From Gemmatimonadota bacterium (GTDB lineage Bacteria; Latescibacterota; UBA2968), in contig JAPPAB010000106.1 in assembly GCA_026705765.1 (NCBI GenBank), forward strand, positions 624-64,623: 64,000 nt of DNA, written 5' to 3'. Shown here piece after piece: positions 28,830 through 38,700 of this stretch. The notes beneath the pieces are model-generated. The model worked only from the letters and a program-made list of their open reading frames with translations, made no database searches and was not told the origin of the DNA. The first letter of the stretch is position 1, and every line of letters starts with the position of its first letter. Made by a program: the position numbers and the translations under genes.

Positions 28830-30473
28830 CTAGCCCAAGTGACGACTCCAGAACTCAACCAGATCGTTGAGTTGGCTGTTATAGCGTTTGACACTGCGTT
28901 CTCTACCGAAATCCGCTGAAATCATCTTGTTTTCTTGAGTGATACCATCGAATACGGTTCGTGGCTCTATCAGCAACCACAAGCGATCATCGGCCCAATC
29001 TAGGCGTATACCGATACCCTCGCGCCAGTGAAGCTCGGGGCTACCAGCAACTGTTCCAGTAAGCGTACCTACTAATTTCTCCAATTGTGTCCAGGTACTT
29101 GATTTTGGGTCGGTTGGGGCCAATAAGTCCGCTCTTCCGCGCCGTACAACCTCCAGACCGCGCTGACGTGCGATTGCACGAGTTAACGCTTCTCGAAGAA
29201 GACCTCGCTCGCTCGATTCATACCTTTGACGCTTGATTTCGAACGTATGAAGGTCAAAATCCGTAATGCCATGGGGCTCAAAAGCAGTGCGTACATCTGC
29301 ATCGGCACCAAATGCCAATACTCCGGCTTGGGAACGTGCAGCGATCACGTCGACGCCAGTGCGCTCTATCGCCTCTCGCACTTCGGCGGTGCCACCAATG
29401 TCACAGACGACGCGTCTACACACGCTCGGCAAACCAGTCACTGGCACAGCGTTGAAACGTACTACTGGCCAGCCCTGCCCGCCCGTTGGGCGTGGCGCTG
29501 CACTCCAGTGTCGGCGTTCTGAAGCAAAAGCGTCGAGCGTTGTAGTGTCGATGTCATCTATTTGGCGAATCAGATCCCGCAATACTTCGTCAAAGTTATC
29601 AATAGACACTATGCCCACTTCTATTCCCTTCTCATCTGCCTTGGCCAACAATTCACGAACGCGCGGCAACGGCTGACCTTCCCCGTGATGCAACCAAAAT
29701 AGCCCCGCCGGAAAGGCACCTGGCTGTTGAGTTGCTTCATCAAGAGCGTCCATAACTGAATCGTCACGACCACTATAGCCAACTACTACAAGTCCAAACC
29801 TACTACAGGAATCAATGAGAATATTTCTTAGATGTGTATCCTGGTGTCGCAGTTCTTCAGTGGTATTCTTGAGTCTCCGTGACTGAAAATCACCATGCAG
29901 CTTCACTTCCACCGGCCATCGCCCCTCATGAATTGCCTGCTCCCCTAATTCAGGCGCATCAAGGGCTACACTCGTCAATGAACCAGTTGTGTCATAAATC
30001 TTGGCGCAAGCGTCTGCCACCATGGCATCAAAATTCGTTGTCCATATCAGACGTGTACGATTGGCGCGCATCAGAGTTGCGAGAGCCAAGTGACCGTATG
30101 ATGGTTTTGCACCTGCTAGCTTTGCATTAATATAGGCACGCCGATCTCCTTCGGATGGATACACCTCTTCAAATAGTGCGGCATATTCGCCGGGATCCCC
30201 AGCACAAGGCAACCGCTTAAAAGAGTCAATGTAGGTCTGTAATTGCACCTGGATAGCCGGATTTGAGAGATCTGCCACAGATTGGCGCGATACCTTGCGC
30301 TGACTGACAAACAATTCCTGTTTGAATTGCCAGATCATGTCCGTCGCGGTAGGAAGACCAGCGGAGGCCGAGGCACCAGCACCAAGCAACCACATCAGAT
30401 TGGGCGAACGTATAGAGAAGCGTCGTGCGAAGTCGTCCGAGTTGATTTGAGGAAGTAATGACTTAGTATTCAT
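28830..30473 (-). CDS. SIR2-APAZ protein (NADase effector partner of short pAgo, SPARSA-type)
   Basis: 547 aa. N-terminal SIR2 signatures LLGAGASASAGLPTATD, WTTNFDAMV and VKLHGD. A roughly 250-aa C-terminal region of APAZ size. Encoded immediately upstream of the short pAgo gene with a 96-bp gap on the same strand. Confidence 0.8.
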   Translation of the reverse strand: MNTKSLLPQINSDDFARRFSIRSPNLMWLLGAGASASAGLPTATDMIWQFKQELFVSQRKVSRQSVADLSNPAIQVQLQTYIDSFKRLPCAGDPGEYAALFEEVYPSEGDRRAYINAKLAGAKPSYGHLALATLMRANRTRLIWTTNFDAMVADACAKIYDTTGSLTSVALDAPELGEQAIHEGRWPVEVKLHGDFQSRRLKNTTEELRHQDTHLRNILIDSCSRFGLVVVGYSGRDDSVMDALDEATQQPGAFPAGLFWLHHGEGQPLPRVRELLAKADEKGIEVGIVSIDNFDEVLRDLIRQIDDIDTTTLDAFASERRHWSAAPRPTGGQGWPVVRFNAVPVTGLPSVCRRVVCDIGGTAEVREAIERTGVDVIAARSQAGVLAFGADADVRTAFEPHGITDFDLHTFEIKRQRYESSERGLLREALTRAIARQRGLEVVRRGRADLLAPTDPKSSTWTQLEKLVGTLTGTVAGSPELHWREGIGIRLDWADDRLWLLIEPRTVFDGITQENKMISADFGRERSVKRYNSQLNDLVEFWSRHLG

Positions 30474-30555
30474 TGGTTTTTCAAGACCCTTTTCCCGATG
30501 ACGTAAAGCGTATATCCCACTCCGTTAATGAGAAATCTCATTGTTTGTCACTTTA

Positions 30556-30852
30556 TCATACCGTCGGCTGTAGTTCATAGCGCTTGACCTTGATCTGATC
30601 TTCATTTTTGCGCGCTTGCACCAGATTATAGGCAGTCTGACGGCGCAACCAGAACTCGGCGTTGGACCATCCAGCCTTCTCCAACCGAATAGCCATCTCC
30701 GGTGAAATAGCCGCATGACCGTTCAGTACACGTGAAAGCGTGTGACGGGCTACGCCCAACACCTTCGCTGCTTCGGTAATATTCAGACCGAGGGGCTCCA
30801 GACAGTTCGCTTTAATACTGAGACCCGGATGAGGTGGATTCTTCATAGCCAT
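30556..30852 (-). CDS. higA: HigA-family HTH (XRE) antitoxin
   Basis: [36 protein letters not shown] helix-turn-helix. Follows higB by 16 bp. Confidence 0.8.
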   Translation of the reverse strand: MAMKNPPHPGLSIKANCLEPLGLNITEAAKVLGVARHTLSRVLNGHAAISPEMAIRLEKAGWSNAEFWLRRQTAYNLVQARKNEDQIKVKRYELQPTV

Positions 30853-30867
30853 GGCGTTTATCCCTTG

Positions 30868-31146
30868 TTAGTGATAATCAACCAAATCGACATCGTACAC
30901 GTCACCTTCTTCAAAGCGAAAGATGATACGCCAGTTGGCGGAAATCGAAATACTCCAAAATCCTTTCCGGTCGCCCTTCAGTGGATGAAGCCGATACCCT
31001 GGAAAATTGAGGTCCGAGGGTTTGTTAGCCTCGTCTAAGTCCGCCAAAACGAGTGCGATCCGTTCTGCCTGATCAGCACGCACTCTGCTGGGATCTCCGC
31101 GCTCATACAATCGCTTGAGGCCCCGATGTCGAAACGTCTGAATCAT
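30868..31146 (-). CDS. higB: HigB-family (RelE/ParE superfamily) toxin
   Basis: 92 aa. FRHRGLKRLYERGD ... GYRLHPLKGDRKGFWSISISANWRIIFRF matches the plasmid-maintenance killer HigB family. Confidence 0.8.
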   Translation of the reverse strand: MIQTFRHRGLKRLYERGDPSRVRADQAERIALVLADLDEANKPSDLNFPGYRLHPLKGDRKGFWSISISANWRIIFRFEEGDVYDVDLVDYH

Positions 31147-31255
31147 AAAAAAACGTACCGTATATCGGTACGCGTGTCAATAACGAAATCAATACATGCC
31201 TGAATCAGGGCCGTGCTTACCACCAAAACATATCATATTGGCAAAAATATAATAA

Positions 31256-31669
31256 ATGATTACTTTATCAAGTAGTAAAGGAGAAACAATGGCTGGTGAA
31301 AATTATATTGCCGCGAATATCACTCGGCTGAGGCTGGACCGACAATTGACCCAGGAGGAACTCGCCCGAAAAGCGGGCATCTCACTGATGGCACTCAGAA
31401 ATATCGAGCGAGGAACTGTCGTCCCGCGTGCCCGTACCCTCACCGATCTTGGAAAAGCACTACGGGTTCCGATTCGCGACCTCGTGACACCTGTGCAGTC
31501 TCTCGAGACCGTGCGATTCCGACCTCAGTCACAGATACAGGAAGATCGCCTTTTGCGACTCGTGCAACAAGCACTTGAGCAGGAGCACATCTCACTCGGA
31601 CGTGCCGCTGAGATTCTGGGGCTAAGTCGTGAGGAAATGAGAAGGTATGCACGTGAGTGGGCGAGGTAG
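31256..31669 (+). CDS. XRE-family HTH transcriptional regulator
   Basis: LTQEELARKAGISLMALRNIERG helix-turn-helix. The likely true start is MAGENY at 31289. Confidence 0.65.
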   Translation: MITLSSSKGETMAGENYIAANITRLRLDRQLTQEELARKAGISLMALRNIERGTVVPRARTLTDLGKALRVPIRDLVTPVQSLETVRFRPQSQIQEDRLLRLVQQALEQEHISLGRAAEILGLSREEMRRYAREWAR

Positions 31670-31733
31670 ATGGCGATGGCTCAGACCGCGCGGACACAGA
31701 TGTGCCCATTGACTACCGCGATATGGACATTCA

Positions 31734-32054
31734 CTATTGGTTCAAGCTTTTCTGGATGGTTCCCAGGTCTCGATTGAGGTCTTCGAGATCGTATTGGGCT
31801 GGTACTTTTCTGGCACGCGCATAGTCCATCATCTCCCACAAGGAAACACCAGCATCGCGAGCCGCGCGTGCAAGTGTGAGCTTTCCATCCCCGTATAGAC
31901 GGGCGTAGTGCTCCAACTTCCATTGCTGGACTGCTTTTGCCAGCAAGCGCCTCACAGTAGTCGAGCGATCAGACTGCTCGACATCCTCAATGAATTCCAA
32001 TTCACGTACTAATTCCAGGGGGAGCCTGATGCCTACCATACGTTCCTTTTTCAT
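31734..32054 (-). CDS. UPF0175-like small protein (antitoxin-family), orphan
   Basis: C-terminal ARDAGVSLWEMMDYARARKVPAQYDLEDLNRDL resembles UPF0175. No DUF3368/PIN partner adjacent. Confidence 0.45.
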   Translation of the reverse strand: MKKERMVGIRLPLELVRELEFIEDVEQSDRSTTVRRLLAKAVQQWKLEHYARLYGDGKLTLARAARDAGVSLWEMMDYARARKVPAQYDLEDLNRDLGTIQKSLNQ

Positions 32055-32098
32055 AGCTTCGCCTCACAACAAGAAGACAGGTGATTCTATAAGTCAAG

Positions 32099-33139
32099 TT
32101 ACAACTCTCCGAATCTCTCTTGCAGATTGATAACCTCGCCGCTTTGGGCTGACTCGTATCCCGCCTGCACGATGGCAAGGCTCTTCCGCTCGCTTCTTCC
32201 CGATGTCGGGCCTTCAGTTCCTTCCAGCACATAGTCCACAAAGTCCTCAATTTCCTCCGCAAATGCCGAGAGATCGCTTCCGGGATAGGAAACTTCCTCC
32301 CGCTGATCGTCATTGTTCTCACACCACACTTCACACGACTCTTGAGTCGCCTGCAACAGCCCTGTATCTCCGAAAACCATATAGCCACCCGGCGGATTTG
32401 GAAATTTCACCTCACAGCTTTGCAACACCGTCGTCTGAAATCCCGCGTCCATCGTCAGAAGTCCCGTCATGGTCCCTTCGACATCATCCCGCCGGAAACT
32501 GCGAGCGTGATGCTCTTTCATATAGACCGAAGTGACCTCTCCCAAAACGTATCGGAGCATCGCCATCGTGTGAATGCCGTGAAGCATCCATGTACCCGTT
32601 CCTCCTCGCTGTGGATTGGAAAGCCACTCGCGTCTTCCCGGATAAGCGTAGGTAGGCCGCGCCCGAAATCCCGACGACACCGACGCCGACACCACTTCGC
32701 CGATATAAATTCCCGTATCCACCACATGTTTCAAAAAACGCGCCATGGGATGGTAGGACATGCTCTCCGCGACATAGAGACGCACACCTGCGCGATCGGC
32801 CGCATCGATCATTCGGGTCGCATCCTCCACCGTCAGCGCCATCGGCTTTTCCACCAGCACATGCTTGCCGGCATCAGCGGCGGCGACCGCCTCCGGACAA
32901 TGGTTGGGATGAGGTGTGCAGAGCGAAACCGCATCGATCTCGGGATCCATCAGCGCATTGTCGAGATCTGTGTACGTCTTCTCGATCCCGAACGCCTCCG
33001 CCATGGCTTTCAGATGATCCGGATCTCGATCCACCAGACACGTCACCTCAACCTTCCGCCCAAGCTCTCGTGCGCCCTCCACATGGTGGCTCCCCGCCCA
33101 TCCAACGCCCACGACAGCCATTCGAACAATATCGCTCAT
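32099..33139 (-). CDS. Gfo/Idh/MocA-family oxidoreductase
   Basis: MAVVGVGWAGSHH Rossmann N-terminus. HVLVEKPMALT EKP motif. 346 aa. Confidence 0.8.
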   Translation of the reverse strand: MSDIVRMAVVGVGWAGSHHVEGARELGRKVEVTCLVDRDPDHLKAMAEAFGIEKTYTDLDNALMDPEIDAVSLCTPHPNHCPEAVAAADAGKHVLVEKPMALTVEDATRMIDAADRAGVRLYVAESMSYHPMARFLKHVVDTGIYIGEVVSASVSSGFRARPTYAYPGRREWLSNPQRGGTGTWMLHGIHTMAMLRYVLGEVTSVYMKEHHARSFRRDDVEGTMTGLLTMDAGFQTTVLQSCEVKFPNPPGGYMVFGDTGLLQATQESCEVWCENNDDQREEVSYPGSDLSAFAEEIEDFVDYVLEGTEGPTSGRSERKSLAIVQAGYESAQSGEVINLQERFGEL

Positions 33140-33162
33140 TCAACCAAACTCCTGTACTCCGT

Positions 33163-34008
33163 TCAAGTATTATCTCCCCGACCACTTTCTTCCTCTACAA
33201 TCTTAGCAACCGTATTCAGATGTCGTTGCGGCATTCCATTTCGATCTCTGGGCAACCGGTCCCCGATAAACTCGTCGAATCCAATCTGTTCCGCTATATC
33301 CTCTGCCGGGACTCCCCTACCCAGTGTCTCGCGAACGACCTCCCTAACACTCGCCAGATACCTGGCCTCCCACCGAATCCAGTCCTTCACCCGATCCTCG
33401 CCGAAGAGAACATCGCCGTGCCCCGGAACCAGAATATCAATATCGAGCGTCATGAGTTTGTAAAGAGAACGTTCCAGCACCTCGCTATTCCCCGCTCCAA
33501 TCGCAGCCACGATACCGGTCACCACCGAATCACCTGCAAACAAAAGCCTATGTTCCTCTATGTAAATACTCACGCCATCCGGACTATGTCCCGGCGTCGG
33601 AAACATCCACGCATGCAATCCTCCCAAATCCATTCGAAGCTCATCTCGATAGGTAATAGTCGGCTGGATCACCCGGGACCGCGCCTCGGCCTCATCCACC
33701 CCCCAGCGTGTCGCCCACCCCGGTATCTGTTTCTCGATCTCCGCAGGCGTGAGAGCATGTGCGAAAACCTCCCCTTTCGCCAGAGGACCCGCGCCGAGAA
33801 TATGGTCTCCGTGACCGTGAGTAAGTGCCAGTCGATTCGGCTCGAACCCGCTTCCGCGAATAAAGGAGGCCATAGCGGCCCCTTCATCTTCATAATTGCT
33901 CCCATCAATCGCCAGTGCCACCCGTTCTCCGATCACAATGCCGTTCTTACCATCCACAAAACGGCTATCAACGCTAAAAATCCCCGGGGCGAGTTCATTG
34001 AACATCAA
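33163..34008 (-). CDS. MBL-fold metallo-hydrolase
   Basis: LTHGHGDHILGAG (HxHxDH) motif. 281 aa. Confidence 0.75.
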   Translation of the reverse strand: MMFNELAPGIFSVDSRFVDGKNGIVIGERVALAIDGSNYEDEGAAMASFIRGSGFEPNRLALTHGHGDHILGAGPLAKGEVFAHALTPAEIEKQIPGWATRWGVDEAEARSRVIQPTITYRDELRMDLGGLHAWMFPTPGHSPDGVSIYIEEHRLLFAGDSVVTGIVAAIGAGNSEVLERSLYKLMTLDIDILVPGHGDVLFGEDRVKDWIRWEARYLASVREVVRETLGRGVPAEDIAEQIGFDEFIGDRLPRDRNGMPQRHLNTVAKIVEEESGRGDNT

Positions 34009-34029
34009 GATCCTCCATATGCCGCCTTG

Positions 34030-34929
34030 CTACTGCACCCCGAACAGCGCGAAGGAGAAATTTGGTGCAGGATCGACCAGATCGCTTCTGTCCTTTAGAT
34101 AACGGCGTTTTTGCTCCTCGGGCGGAATAGTCTCTATCTCCACAAAGCCAATTTGCGACATCTCATCATTCAATTCCTCGGGTGTAAACACAGACAACAT
34201 CGGCTCCCCGCGACGAGCCACGAATCGGTCCAACCTGTCGGCGAAAGGCAAGCTCTCTTCGGGAATAAGATGCCTGGCGAGCTTATAATCGAAAACAATG
34301 CGGCTGCCCGGCGCGGCAACATCTGCAACGCGACCAAGCGTCTCCCATATGGCATCCTTTGTGAGATAATAAGTCGTTCCAAGCCAGGAAAAAAAGGCGG
34401 GCTTATCTGGATCAAAACCAGCTCGGAGAAGTGCCTCATTTAGCTGGTCGGTCTCAAAATCAATGGGAACAAATACCAGATTGGACGGAACATCGCCGTT
34501 GACTACACGCACCTGCGTCTCTTTTGTCGCCTGAGTCGCGGGGTGATCCAACTCGAATATCCGCACGCCATCTGCGAGTTCCTTGTGGCGCATGGAAAAC
34601 GTATCGAGACCGGCACCGAGGATCACATACTGCCCGACGCCCTCCGATATCGCCCCCATAAGACGGTCTTCTGCATATCTGGCTCGCAGGATAACCTCGG
34701 TATGTATGGGGCGGAACGAGTGGAACACCTTGTGAACAACGAACCAGCTAAGCAATCTGTTCTTAGCGATCACACGCCAGATAAACGGCACCATGTCAAC
34801 CGCGTAATCATCGGCAAAAACCGGGGATTTGCTCTGCTGATAATGATACGCGCGTACACTTGCTGCGAGTGCCGCCGTCTTGCTCGTCCTGTGCTTGTGT
34901 GCGGATATTCCAGATTGAGGTGAAGACAT
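34030..34929 (-). CDS. Class I SAM-dependent methyltransferase (leucine-carboxyl-MTase/TIGR00027-like O-methyltransferase)
   Basis: VILGAGLDTFSMR and ELDHPATQ motifs typical of the LCM / mycobacterial O-MTase family. 299 aa. Confidence 0.7.
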   Translation of the reverse strand: MSSPQSGISAHKHRTSKTAALAASVRAYHYQQSKSPVFADDYAVDMVPFIWRVIAKNRLLSWFVVHKVFHSFRPIHTEVILRARYAEDRLMGAISEGVGQYVILGAGLDTFSMRHKELADGVRIFELDHPATQATKETQVRVVNGDVPSNLVFVPIDFETDQLNEALLRAGFDPDKPAFFSWLGTTYYLTKDAIWETLGRVADVAAPGSRIVFDYKLARHLIPEESLPFADRLDRFVARRGEPMLSVFTPEELNDEMSQIGFVEIETIPPEEQKRRYLKDRSDLVDPAPNFSFALFGVQ

Positions 34930-34958
34930 ACTAATCCTTCTTTCGTCGTCAGCCCTGC

Positions 34959-35351
34959 TCAGACTCGCTCTTCCGCCCAGCGGACGACGGTTTCAGCGAT
35001 CTCCACTGCATCCAGGTATTCCTGTTCCTCAACCGGATTGGACAAGCCTGGATAGCGTGTGATCACGGCGTATGGGGTCAATCCCTCTGCCTTGAGAACG
35101 CTCTCCGGGATGATTTCTCCCACTTCTTCGAGCAGCGACAACAAATGAGCCAGATCATGCACGTAAGGAAACTCAATGTCGCACTTGATCAGCATGGCCT
35201 TAACAGCTTTCTCGGCGGCCTGCTGAGCCTCGAAGCACAAGTCTTCCAGATAAGCATCGGGCACGCGGTTCTTCGCCAACGCGAGATTGCTTCTGGCGCG
35301 GTTCAACCACTCTCGCGGATCATCGGCCGGAAAACGCTCAGGAGGCTTCAT
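34959..35351 (-). CDS. HEPN-domain protein
   Basis: 130 aa. All-helical. Pairs with the upstream minimal nucleotidyltransferase; 14-nt overlap. Confidence 0.7.
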   Translation of the reverse strand: MKPPERFPADDPREWLNRARSNLALAKNRVPDAYLEDLCFEAQQAAEKAVKAMLIKCDIEFPYVHDLAHLLSLLEEVGEIIPESVLKAEGLTPYAVITRYPGLSNPVEEQEYLDAVEIAETVVRWAEERV

Positions 35352-35664
35352 AAACTATCCGCCCTTCCTTTAGGGCTGGCTTAATGATCAGCGCATGGCT
35401 ATCCCTGAAGCGTTCCACATCTTCAGATGACACTACGACCGCATCAACCGCAACTCCGACCCCATGCAACTTCCGGTAAATTTGCGCCATGAGATTGCGT
35501 GCATCTCCTCCATCTTTGACGATGAGCAGATCGATGTCACTATTCCGCGTCATTGCGCCTCGCACGGCGGATCCAAAGAGTATAATTCGCTGCGGCTGTG
35601 CCACTTCCACGACACGCTTAATGATATCGTCCAACGTATTTTGGTCAAGCACCTGTTTCTTCAT
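35338..35664 (-). CDS. Minimal nucleotidyltransferase (MNT) domain protein, HEPN/MNT module partner
   Basis: ILFGSAVRGAMTRNSDIDLLIV (GS...DxD NTase motif). 108 aa. Confidence 0.75.
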   Translation of the reverse strand: MKKQVLDQNTLDDIIKRVVEVAQPQRIILFGSAVRGAMTRNSDIDLLIVKDGGDARNLMAQIYRKLHGVGVAVDAVVVSSEDVERFRDSHALIIKPALKEGRIVYEAS

Positions 35665-35722
35665 GGCATGTCCTGTCTTCTCAAACCAACATTGCCCATT
35701 TGCTCCGTTACTCTCGCCCGCA

Positions 35723-38700
35723 TCAGACTGCTTGCATCAGTTCCACCAGAACTTTTGCTAGATCGTCACGTTCCACCATCTCCTGTTCCCTTTTGTCCAA
35801 CTTTCCTGTTTTACCCACCCTCTCGTAACCCCTCTCCTCTGTTGCTTCGCCCAGAAGGGTGAAATACTGCATGCTGTCTTCCAAGTAATACATGATTGTC
35901 TCCACCCACGTCGTCGGGTGTACACTTATTTCTGTTGGATAAGGTATCTTGTCTCCGATGTACTTCTGCACTATGGACTCTAATGCCCTCCGCACGTCCT
36001 TATACCCCGTGTATTCTTCTGGGTCCTGTGCCAGTTCGTCTACTAGCACTCGTATCCGGCTTCCTAGATAATCCAAGTACTGCCGCTGGGTCTCGACCTT
36101 CACACCATCTGGCACGAGAACCCACAGGGCGTCGAGTTCCCCAAGTTCACCTTTCGGTTTCCACCACACCTTGCCTTCCATATCGTACTTTTTTTTGTTC
36201 CAGCTATCGTCGTTGTCGATCTCAGAGCGCGGACTTTCGCCGGCTCCGGTATCCTCTCGCTGCACAAATTTAAGCTCTCCTTGTTCGCTATCAGTTTCAC
36301 GCGGTTTTTGGCGATTATTAGACGGCTCAGGAGTGCGTTCAAAAGGTGGTTTAGTTGATGCTCTCTCGCGTTTCTTTATTTTTGTCTTTTCCGCTTTACC
36401 ACCTCCCGATGCACTCGCTGGGAAAATTCTCCTTTCTTCTAACATGGGCCACAGCTTCTCCAGCGCGATCTCCCTATTTGCATAAAAGGCCGATTCTCGG
36501 ACCCGAAAGAACTCCCAACCACAACGCTCCAGTTGCCGCTGCCTCTCCATGTCCTTATCATACTGATCTGGACCGTGCCAGGTATCACCATCGCATTCGA
36601 CCGCCAATCGCGCTTGCCCACCTTCGATGGCAAGGTCAATTCTCCTGCCAGCAAACTCAACTTGAGGTTGAACGTTATATCCTTTTCGTACGAGTTCCAG
36701 CGTAACGTCAATCTCGAACCAGCTATCGAAGGGGTCAGGTGGGTTAATGACCTTTCGATTGTCCTGTGCGGCCCGACGTTCGAGTTCCTCCCGGTCTATG
36801 CCAGCAATCGCTTGCGGTTTCGTATTCTCAAAGAATTTGAGCAATTCTTGACGCAGATCGGATGTGCTCAGATCGTTGACGGTTACAGAATGAAAAAGAA
36901 ACATCTGATCTCGGGCACGGCTTGCCGCAACGTTGAACCGCCGCTCATCTGCCGGACTTGCAAGTGGGCCAATTCTCTCATTAGATGCCGCGACCATGGA
37001 CAGGAATATAACGTCACGCTCATCGCCTTGGAAACTATATGAGTTTCCGCAAACGAGATGCCGCCGCTCCATCTCTTCTGCGCCTATTCGTTCAAGTAAC
37101 TTTCCCTCAATCAACCTTGCCTGTGCTTCTCCCTGGAGAACAACAACGCCCATAGTTTTTTCGGAATATCGCCCGTCATCACATAATTCCAATATCTTCT
37201 CGACAATGGCGTCGGCCTCCGGTCGGTTCACCACCCCATTCCCAACTCCTTCGCGATACCCGCTTTCGATAAAGACGCGCTCCAGCGGGTTCAAGCGCTC
37301 AGGCCCATATTGCCGCAACGGGATTAACGGCGTGTCAGAATAGCAGAGACCATTGCTGAAACGAATAATTTCTGGCATGCAGCGGAAGTGCTCACGCAGA
37401 GTGATATGCCCTTCGTCATATAGCCGTTTTCCATGGTCGAACAGGCTGCTTTGAACGGCAAAAGAGTCTTTGAAGTCAAAATCATATAGTAAGTCGTTCA
37501 TGAGACGATGTACAGCATCAAGAGGTAAGCCAACAGCATCGGGACTGATCTGCTTGTCATCCCCAACAATGAGTACTTTTTTGCCCAGATAAAAGAGTGG
37601 CAATGCCTCTGGTCCGCATTGCGATGCTTCGTCAATAATGACCACATCGAATATACCGGGAGCAGGGTCCACCGTATCCCAGATGCGGTGTAGTGGCATG
37701 ACCCAGGCCGGGACTGCCTCACGGCATTTGTTCAAGTGCTGCTGTGCATCCCGTCGATGCTTTGGAGCGTGCCTCCCGGTTCCTTTCCCAAGACGACCCA
37801 TTGCTTGCTGCCAAGCTACCATGTGGCCGCGATGGCTACTTTCGAGTCGCGATAAGCAAAACGACCAAGCATGAAGTTCTGCAAGTTGTGCAATGACTCT
37901 GTTAATTTCATCCTCAATCTGGTGCGAACGTATAGCAAGGCTTGGGGCATCTTCCTTCTTTATATATTCATCGATCCAGAACCTTGCTTGAGCCCAATGC
38001 CAGGCATTCTCTACCTGTTGAACGCGCTCGTCCCAGCAAGACTTAGTGCAGCTTTGCTCCAATTCTACGGTGAAATTCGGCACAAATTGGCGCAGCTTCT
38101 CAATGTCTGCATCCAACTTTCTCATCTTCTGACATTCATCCTTTAGACTTTGTGTCGCCTTCGCGACCTGTTTATATCCTTCGATATCTCGATTGCGAAT
38201 CGCCTGAAGCAAGTCGCTTACAACGGAATGGGCATTAGTCCTCCCGGCAAGAGACCCTATTGGTTCTTCAATCTTCAGAATCGCCTTTTCAGCCAATTGC
38301 TTGAGCGCGAACCTGCAAGAGGCAATCAATTGATCAATCTGAGCCTCGTCATTCCAATCAGGTGTTCGGAGAGCGGGGCACTGTCTCAGAGACTCAATGC
38401 AATCATCACGTCGTTTCCCAAGTGACAGAGCATCGGCAAGAGCGTCGCACATTTCCTTGAGCTTCTGGAATTGTAAGGCATAAGTGCCTTCTTGTTCCTC
38501 ATATCCCACCCAGACTTCCCAGGCCTTTTCAAGCTCAATAAGCACGTGAAAAAAATCAGCCGCAACTGACAAATGGTGGAGATTGGAGCAGAAACTACCA
38601 TCCACTTGAACAGTTTTGACTATCTTGGGACGGAACGGCCACCAGCCGAGTTTTCCGCCATTTTCCAAATGCCTTTTCAGATTGCTGACATCTTCATATA

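Noticed and set aside
32342-34098. Two long plus-strand ORFs (373 and 394 aa) antisense to the Gfo/Idh and MBL genes
   Set aside because: Arg/Ser/Pro-rich low-complexity products. The opposite-strand genes carry clear catalytic motifs.
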